A stretch of DNA of 17,900 nucleotides from a bacterium (GTDB lineage Bacteria; Electryoneota; Electryoneia; Electryoneales; Electryoneaceae). Location: assembly GCA_043801585.1 (NCBI GenBank), contig JAZDLX010000182.1, forward strand, positions 1-17,900. The letters are read 5' to 3'. This document shows, one piece after another, positions 1 through 7,334 of the stretch. Each line of letters begins with the position of its first letter. Within the stretch, counting starts at the first letter, position 1. The translations under genes were made by a program, and so were the position numbers. The notes under the pieces are model-generated. The model was not told where the DNA came from, made no database searches, and was given only the letters and a program-made list of their open reading frames with translations.

Positions 1-1
1 G

Positions 2-463
2 ATGATTCCGCCCACGGGGAGCGATATCGAGAATGACGCCCTCGAGTACCTGCGTGTGATCAACGGCGAGACCGACAGCCTCGTCCTCGCCGCCTTCGCC
101 GATGCCGACCGTGCCCTGTTCCGCGGGGACACGCTCGCTGCGCGCAAGGGGTTTACGAATCTGGGGGAAAAAGGAGACGGCGCCGCAGCGGAAGAGGCTG
201 CCTGGCTTGATGCCACCTTGGCACTCGAGCAGGGAGATTCGACCCGAATCGTCTCCCTTGCCCGTGACCGGTCCGGCACACCTGTCGCCGAACGGGCCTG
301 GTTGACTCTTGCGGAATGGCAGGAAACGAATGGTCACCTCAACGGCGCGGTGAAGTCGCTTGAGGAGCTGCTGCTTTCAGATCCAGAAGGGTTGCTGGCC
401 CCGATCGCCCGCCTCCGTCACGACCGCCTCGTTGCGGAACTCGCCGCACTGCAGGTGAAGTAA
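2..463 (+). CDS. Tetratricopeptide-repeat (TPR)-like protein, C-terminal part (5' end probably outside window)
   Basis: ORF open from the window edge. Ala/Leu-rich helical repeats with TPR-like spacing (AERAWLTLAEW...GAVKSLEELL...PEG.LAPIARLR). Stop TAA at 461-463. Confidence 0.65.
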   Translation: MIPPTGSDIENDALEYLRVINGETDSLVLAAFADADRALFRGDTLAARKGFTNLGEKGDGAAAEEAAWLDATLALEQGDSTRIVSLARDRSGTPVAERAWLTLAEWQETNGHLNGAVKSLEELLLSDPEGLLAPIARLRHDRLVAELAALQVK

Positions 464-490
464 TCGGAAACTCGATTGTGTTTTGAAAAC

Positions 491-503
491 AGGGACTGTC
501 CCT
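491..503. repeat. Short perfect palindrome AGGGAC-T-GTCCCT, possible solo REP-like unit
   Basis: Perfect 6-bp arms around a central T, in an AT-rich patch preceded by TTTTGAAAA. Shares the ACTGTC core with the hairpin arms flanking the RAYT. Confidence 0.45.
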
Positions 504-523
504 AATTAAATAGTATCATTGAG

Positions 524-571
524 CTTCGAGACAACAAGCTCGTTGGGGAATCGTCATCGCAGGTAAAGCAA
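524..571 (+). pseudogene. Degenerate duplicate of the 3' end of the upstream TPR gene
   Basis: CTCGTTGGGGAA (539-550) vs CTCGTTGCGGAA (428-439), and GCAGGTAAAGCAA (559-571) vs GCAGGTGAAGTAA (451-463). Codon-aligned LRDNKLVGE vs LRHDRLVAE. Confidence 0.55.
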
Positions 572-838
572 GGGGGAATCGCGACGATGAAGTGGGAAAG
601 CAATTTGGATTCACTCGTAACCCGGATTTAACTAACCTCGATACAAAATCCTGCCATCCATCCGCAAACAAGGGGGGTAGGCTGCACGGCTGAAGCCGGT
701 TTCCCGTTATCCGCGAATAGCGGGGGGGTGATTGATTTCCGTGCATGGCCTGTTCCACGATTCACGAATTTCATCTACCAAAACTGCCTTTTTCAACGTT
801 GATTGGCTATCGGAGCCCCGAATCTCCAGGTGCGGAGC

Positions 839-867
839 TTGTTGCATCTCTTCACAAGCTGTACATT
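839..867 (+). promoter_or_regulatory. Putative sigma70 promoter for the decarboxylase cluster
   Basis: TTGTTG (839-844), 17-nt spacer, TACATT (862-867), about 90 nt upstream of ATG 958. Confidence 0.35.
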
Positions 868-957
868 TTGCACCCGCGCGGAAGAACGACACCCAGATGG
901 GTGCCCCCCGGGCTATCTTGTAAGCCGTGCAAGTGGAAACGGACCCAACGATCAACC

Positions 958-2529
958 ATGGCCATAGCGATGCGTGAAATTGAAAAAAAGCTGAAAGAAC
1001 TCCAGGAGATGCGTTCCAAAGCCCGGATGGGTGGCGGAGAAAAACGCATCGAGGTGCAGCACGGCAAGGGCAAGTACACCGCCCGCGAACGGATTATGCG
1101 CCTGCTCGACGAAGGCTCCTTCGAGGAGTGGGACATGTTCGTCACCCACCGCGAAATGGACTTCGGCCTGGACGAGCATGAGTACCTCGCCGACGGGGTC
1201 GTCACCGGGCACGGTACGATCAACGGCCGCCAGGTGATGGTGTTCAGCCAGGATTTCACGGTTCTCGGCGGCAGCCTTGGCGAGATGTTCGCGAAGAAGA
1301 TCGTCAAGATCATGGAGTTCGCGACCAAGGTGGGAGTGCCGGTGATCGGCCTCAACGACAGCGGCGGCGCTCGCATCCAGGAAGGGGTGATGTCGCTCGC
1401 TGGTTACGCCGACATCTTCCTGAAGAACGTGATGGCCTCGGGGGTGATCCCGCAGATCAGTGCAATCCTCGGACCCTGCGCGGGCGGAGCGGTGTACAGC
1501 CCGGCGCTCACCGACTTCACGCTGATGGCCCGCGATATCTCCTACATGTTCGTCACCGGTCCGAAAGTGGTCAAAACGGTCACCCACGAGGATGTCACCC
1601 CGGAGGATCTGGGTGGTCCTGATGTGCACGCCACCAAAAGCGGCGTCGCCCATTTTGTCGGGGATTCCGAGGATGAGATCTTCGAGCTGATCCGCAAGCT
1701 GTTGACCTTCCTTCCCCAGAACAACATGGAGGAGACGCCGATTGTTGCGACCAGCGATCCCGTCGACCGTCTCGAGGACGAATTGAACTACATCATCCCC
1801 GAGGATCCGAACCTCCCCTACGACATGATCCGGGTCATCGAGGGGGTGGTCGATGACGGTGATTTCCTCGAGGTGCGTCGTGGTTGGGCGCGCAACCTGA
1901 TCACCGGGTTCGGCCGGTTCAACGGCCGCGCGGTGGGAATCGTTGCCAACCAGCCCAACGCCCTCGCCGGTGTGCTCGACAACAAGGCCTCGCGCAAGGG
2001 CGCAGCCTTTGTCCGTTTCTGCAACGCGTTCAACATTCCGGTGGTCACCTTCGTGGACGTTCCCGGATTCATGCCCGGCACTGCGCAGGAATACGAGGGA
2101 ATCATTATCAACGGCGCAAAACTGCTGTACTCCTACGCTGAATGCACGGTGCCGAAGATCACCGTGATCACCCGCAAGGCTTACGGCGGCGCCTATGACG
2201 TGATGAGCAGCAAACACCTGCGTGGCGACCTGAATTACGCATGGCCGATGGCGGAAATTGCGGTGATGGGGCCTCAAGGTGCGGTGGAAGTGCTCTACGG
2301 CAAGGAACTGGCAAAGCTGGAGGGCGAGGAGAAGGCGAAATTCCTCGCCGAAAAGGAGAAGGAATACCGGGACAAATTCGCGAATCCCTACAACGCGGCA
2401 AGAGCGGGTTTCATCGATGATGTGATCGAACCGCGCAATACACGGTTCCGGATCATTCGCGGCCTCGAGTCGCTGGCTGGAAAACGGGATCACAATCCGC
2501 CAAAGAAAATCGGCCTCGTGCCGTTGTGA
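958..2529 (+). CDS. mmdA: Acyl-CoA carboxyltransferase; methylmalonyl-CoA decarboxylase alpha subunit (MmdA/PccB family)
   Basis: Motifs [85 protein letters not shown]. Clustered with gamma/delta, biotin-carrier and Na+-pump beta subunits. Start ATG 958 (or 970); the ORF-track extension from 745 looks non-coding. Confidence 0.88.
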   Translation: MAIAMREIEKKLKELQEMRSKARMGGGEKRIEVQHGKGKYTARERIMRLLDEGSFEEWDMFVTHREMDFGLDEHEYLADGVVTGHGTINGRQVMVFSQDFTVLGGSLGEMFAKKIVKIMEFATKVGVPVIGLNDSGGARIQEGVMSLAGYADIFLKNVMASGVIPQISAILGPCAGGAVYSPALTDFTLMARDISYMFVTGPKVVKTVTHEDVTPEDLGGPDVHATKSGVAHFVGDSEDEIFELIRKLLTFLPQNNMEETPIVATSDPVDRLEDELNYIIPEDPNLPYDMIRVIEGVVDDGDFLEVRRGWARNLITGFGRFNGRAVGIVANQPNALAGVLDNKASRKGAAFVRFCNAFNIPVVTFVDVPGFMPGTAQEYEGIIINGAKLLYSYAECTVPKITVITRKAYGGAYDVMSSKHLRGDLNYAWPMAEIAVMGPQGAVEVLYGKELAKLEGEEKAKFLAEKEKEYRDKFANPYNAARAGFIDDVIEPRNTRFRIIRGLESLAGKRDHNPPKKIGLVPL

Positions 2530-2540
2530 GGGCTTGCGTT

Positions 2541-2624
2541 GTGGCAGGTCGTTAGTCCCGACTATTCGGGACGGAGACCTGACACTGGATCCCGTCGGTT
2601 CTCCGCTGCGCTGACGAACCGACG
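2541..2624. repeat. Inverted doublet of REP-like hairpin units (family B)
   Basis: Unit A 2541-2585 GTGGCAGGTC-GTTAG-[TCCCGACTATTCGGGA]-CGGA-GACCTGACAC. Unit B 2593-2624 reverse complement CGTCGGTTC-GTCAG-[CGCAG]-CGGA-GAACCGACG. Confidence 0.7.
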
Positions 2625-2634
2625 AAACACATGG

Positions 2635-2657
2635 AATCGGCCTTGTGCCGTTGTGAG
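2635..2657 (+). repeat. 23-bp direct repeat of the mmdA 3' end including its stop codon
   Basis: AATCGGCCTTGTGCCGTTGTGAG vs AATCGGCCTCGTGCCGTTGTGAG at 2508-2530 (22/23; the mismatch is synonymous CTC/CTT). Confidence 0.9.
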
Positions 2658-2820
2658 ATAACGTGGGGCCCTTTGCTGTCTGCCTGAATCCAGCATGTGC
2701 CTGTTGACAAGGCGGTTTGCTGATTTCTGCAGGTTTTTACTGATTTAGGGTCGGTAGATCCCCAACCACTGAAAAGCCCGGCGGCTGAACCGCCCTCTTT
2801 CGAACAGAGAATAGGGAACG

Positions 2821-3678
2821 ATGTCGAAATGGATCCCAATAGCGCTGCTGGTCCTCGTCTGGGTGCCCCCCATTTGCGCTCAGGATGGATCGTTGAACAG
2901 TGATCCGGAATGGTATCGCTACGGTGAGTTGCCCGCGCAGCAGGTGGTTGTTTTCAAGCCAGCTGCAAATCATTCGTCACTGTCCCAATCTGCCATCGTT
3001 GTCTTCCATGGCGGCGGGTGGTCGATGGGATCTGTGGAATGGGCCTTCGGGGCGGCGCGTCGTTTCGCAGAAATGGGTATGGTCGGAATTGCGGTAAGTT
3101 ATCGGTTGTCCGATCAGCGAACGATTACACCGGTAGATGCGATGGCGGATGCCCGCATGGCGATCCGGTGGGTTCGGAAGAATGCAGAGCAATTAGGGAT
3201 TTCGCCAAACCGGATCGCGGCTTACGGTTGGTCCGCAGGTGCTCATCTTGCAGCTTCAGCGGCGATCTTCCCAGACTTGCCTCCGCAGCAGAAGACAAGC
3301 TGTGTGCCGAACGCGTTGCTCCTGAAATCTCCAGGGGTTGACGTCATCGGTGACCATTGGTTTATGAAATTGCTCGGCGACAGCTTGAATCCGGGAGAGT
3401 ATTCACCTGTCGAGCATGTTCACAGTGAGCTTCCGCCCACGCTGATTCTTCAGGGCCGGACCGACACGGTCACACCTTTAAGCGGTGCACAACGGTTCTG
3501 CGACGAGATGATCGAAGCGGGCAACCGATGCGATCTTGTGATCTATGAGGGAGTCGGACACCTGTTCACTCCGGCGGGGGAGCCGGATAATGGCTCTCCA
3601 AACTCGGACCCCGAGGTTGAGAAGGACTCTTGGCGTAAAATGGACGGATTTCTTCGATCCTTGGGCTACATCGATTAA
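2821..3678 (+). CDS. Secreted alpha/beta hydrolase (HSL/acetyl-esterase, BD-FAE-like)
   Basis: N-terminal signal peptide (MSKWIPIALLVLVWVPPICA). Oxyanion motif HGGGW, nucleophile GWSAG, acid in G.TDTVTP, His in YEGVGH. RBS AGGGA. Confidence 0.85.
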   Translation: MSKWIPIALLVLVWVPPICAQDGSLNSDPEWYRYGELPAQQVVVFKPAANHSSLSQSAIVVFHGGGWSMGSVEWAFGAARRFAEMGMVGIAVSYRLSDQRTITPVDAMADARMAIRWVRKNAEQLGISPNRIAAYGWSAGAHLAASAAIFPDLPPQQKTSCVPNALLLKSPGVDVIGDHWFMKLLGDSLNPGEYSPVEHVHSELPPTLILQGRTDTVTPLSGAQRFCDEMIEAGNRCDLVIYEGVGHLFTPAGEPDNGSPNSDPEVEKDSWRKMDGFLRSLGYID

Positions 3679-3725
3679 ACAGGGGTAGTATCGGGCTTGC
3701 GGTAGGAAAAGAGTAGGGAAGCGAG

Positions 3726-4151
3726 ATGGGTGGTTGGGAAAACATAGTACAGGGTCACGGTATTCTGCTGATGGTCGTCGGCATGTCCGTCGTCTTCGTT
3801 TCGCTGGTGCTTTTGATGTACGTGATGAAGGGATTGAAACGGTATCAGATCCTGCTTCATCGTCGCGTACAACGGCGGTCAGCGCAACCCGGCGATCCCC
3901 TGGCGATTGTCGGACCGGATGGGTCGCAGGACATTCCGGGTGTTGTCGTCGCGGCGATTGCGCTGACGCTCGTCCTCGAGGAGGAATCCGCCCACGATGA
4001 GGAATCACTGGTGCTGACGCTTCATGCGATACCGAGACCCTACAGCAACTGGTGGCAGAGCAGGATAGAACGTTTCTGGCCGGTGAAAATGACGAGCGGC
4101 AGGTCGGAGGTTTTCAAACAGCCCGATCCCGAACGGGGAAAAGAGGTGTAA
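3726..4151 (+). CDS. oadG: OadG/MmdD-family membrane anchor subunit of Na+-translocating decarboxylase
   Basis: N-terminal TM helix G.LLMVVGMSVVFVSLVLL, VVAAIALTL motif and C-terminal S.W motif. Lies before the biotin carrier and beta subunit genes. Confidence 0.8.
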   Translation: MGGWENIVQGHGILLMVVGMSVVFVSLVLLMYVMKGLKRYQILLHRRVQRRSAQPGDPLAIVGPDGSQDIPGVVVAAIALTLVLEEESAHDEESLVLTLHAIPRPYSNWWQSRIERFWPVKMTSGRSEVFKQPDPERGKEV

Positions 4152-4190
4152 CGGCGGAAGAGCGGACCGCGATCCAGCCGCCACCGGCGA

Positions 4191-4208
4191 ATGAACAACG
4201 TTGTTCAT
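4191..4208. promoter_or_regulatory. Perfect 18-bp palindrome ATGAACAACGTTGTTCAT in the oadG-mmdC spacer
   Basis: Exact self-complementary 18-mer; function unknown. Confidence 0.4.
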
Positions 4209-4256
4209 CGTTTCGCGCTTGGGACGGAGCGGCAGCCGCTTTTTCGAGAGGACATC

Positions 4257-4709
4257 ATGAACACATACAAGTTCAAAATTTACGGTCACGAATTTGAGAC
4301 GAAGGTTGTCCGCCGCGAGGAGGATGAGGTTGTTCTCAGTGTCAACGGCCAGGAGTACAAGGCTTATCTGCAACCGAGGATCAGCAAATCCATGGCGAAG
4401 GCGACGCCGAAAATCGTGCGGCCCATCGCGGTTCCCGGAGAGGATACCCGCAAGACCTCAGCGCCGGGGGAGGCGAAGGGGGCGGGAGTTGTGAAGGCGC
4501 CATTGCCGGGGTTGATCCTGAAGATTCCCGTCAAGACAGGGGATACGGTGAAGGCCGGCGACACGGTCTGCATCATGGAGGCGATGAAGATGCAGAACAA
4601 CATTGCCGCCACGACGAGTGGGACGATAGGGGTCATTTCCGTCAGCGAGGGACAGACGGTTTTCGAAGGCCAGGAGATCGTCAGGATCAGCGCCAGTCAG
4701 CAGGGATAG
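4257..4709 (+). CDS. mmdC: Biotin carboxyl carrier subunit of the decarboxylase (MmdC-like)
   Basis: Biotinylation motif EAMKM, VKAPLPG, N-terminal YKFKI.G and V.VNG..Y segments. ATG 4257 preceded by GAGAGGA. Confidence 0.85.
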   Translation: MNTYKFKIYGHEFETKVVRREEDEVVLSVNGQEYKAYLQPRISKSMAKATPKIVRPIAVPGEDTRKTSAPGEAKGAGVVKAPLPGLILKIPVKTGDTVKAGDTVCIMEAMKMQNNIAATTSGTIGVISVSEGQTVFEGQEIVRISASQQG

Positions 4710-4715
4710 GGGAGC

Positions 4716-5861
4716 ATGGAACTGTTCGAACACTTCCTCAGCTACACTGGATTTGTGCAGCCGGAGCTGTGGAAAAACGCGATCATGATTGCGGTTGGAT
4801 CGTTTTTCCTTTTCCTGGCGATCAAAAAGGACTATGAACCGCTGCTGCTCGTGCCCATTGGATTCGGCATCATCATTGGAAACATTCCGTTTCCCGCGGA
4901 CGCCAACATGAAGATCGGGATCTACGAATCGGGCAGCGTCCTCAACTATCTCTATTTCGGAGTTTCGCAGGGTATTTACCCGCCGCTGATTTTCCTTGGC
5001 ATTGGCGCGATCACGGATTTTTCGGCGCTGCTCTCCAACCCGAAACTGGTTCTTCTCGGTGCGGCGGCGCAGGTGGGCATCTTCGCGACCCTGCTCGGTG
5101 CGCTGGCGCTTGGGTTTACTCCTCAGGAAGCCGCGGCGATCGGGATCATCGGCGGCGCCGACGGCCCCACCGCGATTTTCATCTCGAGCAAGCTCGCCCC
5201 GCATCTGATGGGTGCGATCGCCATCGCAGCCTATTCCTATATGGCGCTCGTCCCGATGATCCAGCCTCCGATCATGAAGCTGCTGACCACGCAAAAAGAG
5301 CGCCGGATACGGATGAAACCGTCACGCAGCGTTCCGAAAGCGGAGAAAATCCTGTTTCCGCTGATCAGCCTGCTGGTTACGACGTTCATCGCACCCGGAG
5401 CGTTGCCGCTGCTCGGAATGCTTTTCTTTGGCAATCTGCTGAAGGAAAGTGGAGTTACCGAACGTCTGGCAAAAACCGCCGGCACGTCGATGATCGATAT
5501 TGTGACCATCCTGCTCGGACTGACCGTGGGCGCGTCCACTCAGGCGCAGTACTTTCTTACAAAACAATCCGTCTTCATTTTCATTCTCGGCGCAATCAGT
5601 TTTGCCATTGCCACCGCAGGTGGCATCCTGTTCGCCAAGTTCCTGAACCTCTTCTTCAAAGAGGGCGAAAAGATCAATCCGCTGATTGGTTCGGCGGGTG
5701 TTTCAGCGGTGCCGGACAGCGCCCGGGTGTCGCAGCAGATCGGCCGTCTCTACGATCCGGACAACTACCTGCTGATGCACGCCATGGGACCGAACGTCGC
5801 TGGTGTGATCGGCTCCGCAACCGCCGCCGGTGTGCTGCTTGCCTATTTCCTTGGCAGATAG
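4716..5861 (+). CDS. mmdB: Na+-translocating decarboxylase beta subunit (OadB/MmdB/GcdB family)
   Basis: [91 protein letters not shown]; polytopic membrane protein. Confidence 0.93.
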   Translation: MELFEHFLSYTGFVQPELWKNAIMIAVGSFFLFLAIKKDYEPLLLVPIGFGIIIGNIPFPADANMKIGIYESGSVLNYLYFGVSQGIYPPLIFLGIGAITDFSALLSNPKLVLLGAAAQVGIFATLLGALALGFTPQEAAAIGIIGGADGPTAIFISSKLAPHLMGAIAIAAYSYMALVPMIQPPIMKLLTTQKERRIRMKPSRSVPKAEKILFPLISLLVTTFIAPGALPLLGMLFFGNLLKESGVTERLAKTAGTSMIDIVTILLGLTVGASTQAQYFLTKQSVFIFILGAISFAIATAGGILFAKFLNLFFKEGEKINPLIGSAGVSAVPDSARVSQQIGRLYDPDNYLLMHAMGPNVAGVIGSATAAGVLLAYFLGR

Positions 5862-5890
5862 TCATATAGAAACATCATCGAAGTTTCTTC

Positions 5891-5918
5891 GCCCGGAGAA
5901 ATCCGGGTTTGCTGTTTT
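5891..5918 (+). terminator. Intrinsic terminator after mmdB
   Basis: GCCCGGA-GAAA-TCCGGGT stem-loop followed by TTGCTGTTTT. Confidence 0.65.
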
Positions 5919-6030
5919 GCAAGGAACGACTTGGCAACATGAAGAGCACAAGTGACGATCACGACGGGAAGCGACTTGCTTTCGGCTAAAAGTTACACTA
6001 ATTATATTAGGGTTACGGCTAGATGAGATA

Positions 6031-6133
6031 GTCATCCTGACGCGCCGAAGGCGCGAGAAGGATCTTTGTTTTCAGTGCAAGTTATTGATAAAACAAAGAT
6101 TCTTCATCCGCCGGCTGGCGGATTCAGAATGAC
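6031..6133. repeat. GTCA-tagged palindromic REP-like doublet (family A, copy 1)
   Basis: GTCATCCTGA...TCAGAATGAC termini flanked by TA on both sides. Internal hairpins CGCGCC-GAA-GGCGCG, ATCTTTGTTTT...AAAACAAAGAT and ATCCGCC-GGCT-GGCGGAT. Confidence 0.8.
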
Positions 6134-6543
6134 TACGTTGCGAGTTTTCGTCATTCTATTATCTTAACGTTTTTGAATGCTGTTTTTGACTATTACAAAG
6201 AAAAACGGATTGTTTAACACTCCTGTTCTAGCCTTGACCCATACTATATAGTATTAGGTTCTAGGGTTTTGAGTGTTGCGCAAATCCTCACATGTTTTCA
6301 CTGTCCTTTCGCAGAATCTCTTTCCCGTCGCCTGCGTTGCAGACAAGTTTCTTCTTCAGCTGACGCTGCTGTATCTCATAAAAACGGTGCAGGAACTGGT
6401 TGCAATCGGTTTCAGATTCGGATTGATGAAGATCGCCGGGGGGATGTCCTTTTTGTCACATCATCTCTTCGGTTTTCCGATGCTGCTTCTGATTGAATAG
6501 GTTTTGCCAGCAGATGGGCAGGATGCTCGAATAGGTCCCAGAG

Positions 6544-6957
6544 TCAGAAACGCTTCCCGTGTTCGACCCTGATACAGTGGTCCATGACGACGTACAGGCC
6601 CGCCTGGCGAGCTTTCTCGGCGGCTTCCTCGTTGATCACCCCAAGCTGCAACCAGAGGATTTTTGCACCGATTTCGACAGCCTGCTCGACAACCGGCATC
6701 AGGCGATCCGGATTGAGAAACACATCAACGACTTCGATGCCGTCATCTTTCAATTCGGTCAGGTCGGTGACAACCCGAACGCCGGGAATATCCTCGTCGC
6801 GCGGATGGACACCAATCACCTCGTAACCGTTTCTGATGAGGTACTGGGCGATCTTGTAGCTGTTGCGATGCGGTTTGGGTGACAGGCCGACGACGGCCAC
6901 CGGTTTCTGAGTGGCAAGGGCCTCTTCAATCGTTGCAGGATCGTTGATCTCTCTCAC
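6544..6957 (-). CDS. CoA-binding protein (YccU-like Rossmann fold)
   Basis: VAVVGLSPKPHRNSY, GYEVIGVHP, VVDVF, LWLQLGVINEEAA..A..AGL.VVMDHC. GTG start with AAGGAG RBS. Confidence 0.9.
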   Translation of the reverse strand: MREINDPATIEEALATQKPVAVVGLSPKPHRNSYKIAQYLIRNGYEVIGVHPRDEDIPGVRVVTDLTELKDDGIEVVDVFLNPDRLMPVVEQAVEIGAKILWLQLGVINEEAAEKARQAGLYVVMDHCIRVEHGKRF

Positions 6958-6972
6958 GGTCTCCTTCGCTCG

Positions 6973-7317
6973 TCAATGAACGACAGCCATCCAGGGTGGC
7001 GCAATCAGACCGACGAGTGCCGCCATCGCCACACAGATGATCAGAATGCTGAAACCGAGTCGCAGAGCGTTGCGTGGATCATTCCGATAGTGTGTAATCC
7101 GGCGGCGCAACTCGACGATCTCCCGTTCCCGTTGTGCCTGCTCCTCCGCGGTTCCTTCCTCGAGTTCCTGCATCCGGATCAACCTGCTCAGGTGTATTCG
7201 CCACCGTCGAATTCTCAAAACGCTGATTTCAACGGTCCACCAGACCCCGAATGCGAAGAGCAGACCGTTAACAGCTGCGAGGGTGAGTCTGAAAATCTGG
7301 AGACCAAATGAGTTCAT
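6973..7317 (-). CDS. Hypothetical membrane protein (2 TM helices separated by a coiled coil)
   Basis: Hydrophobic N- and C-terminal segments around a charged EEQAQREREIVELRRR stretch. Fits tightly between co-oriented neighbours. ATG at 7317 preferred. Confidence 0.6.
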   Translation of the reverse strand: MNSFGLQIFRLTLAAVNGLLFAFGVWWTVEISVLRIRRWRIHLSRLIRMQELEEGTAEEQAQREREIVELRRRITHYRNDPRNALRLGFSILIICVAMAALVGLIAPPWMAVVH

Positions 7318-7334
7318 GGCACATCCCTGAAAGG

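Noticed and set aside
683..745. Possible structured leader or Na+ riboswitch upstream of the Na+-pump operon (TGCACGG/CCGTGCA; CCCGTTAT/ATAGCGGG)
   Set aside because: Short GC-rich stems, upstream of the predicted promoter, no expression platform, and I could not match a riboswitch consensus. An Infernal/Rfam scan would settle it.
745..957. 71-aa N-terminal extension of the carboxyltransferase in the ORF track
   Set aside because: No family resemblance and it contains a plausible promoter (839-867). The family-typical N-terminus begins at 958/970.
952..2493. 513-aa antisense ORF opposite mmdA (also 14941-16578 opposite valS, 4458-5294 and 11541-12305)
   Set aside because: Shadow ORFs expected from high-GC codon bias on the coding strand; no recognisable motifs.
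4191..4208. LexA (GAAC-N4-GTTC) box
   Set aside because: Spacer is 6 nt, not 4.
6239..6254. NrdR box
   Set aside because: Core spacing is 2 nt short of the 16-bp consensus, there is no tandem box, and no nrd gene is nearby.
6312..6328. Possible decayed copy of the CoA-binding gene 3' end (CAGAATCTCTTTCCCGT vs CAGAAACGCTTCCCGT)
   Set aside because: Needs a gap plus two mismatches in 16 nt and has no intervening hairpin element; not distinguishable from chance by eye.
6269..6500. Two 75-aa plus-strand ORFs
   Set aside because: Non-ATG starts, no clear RBS, atypical composition, no motifs.
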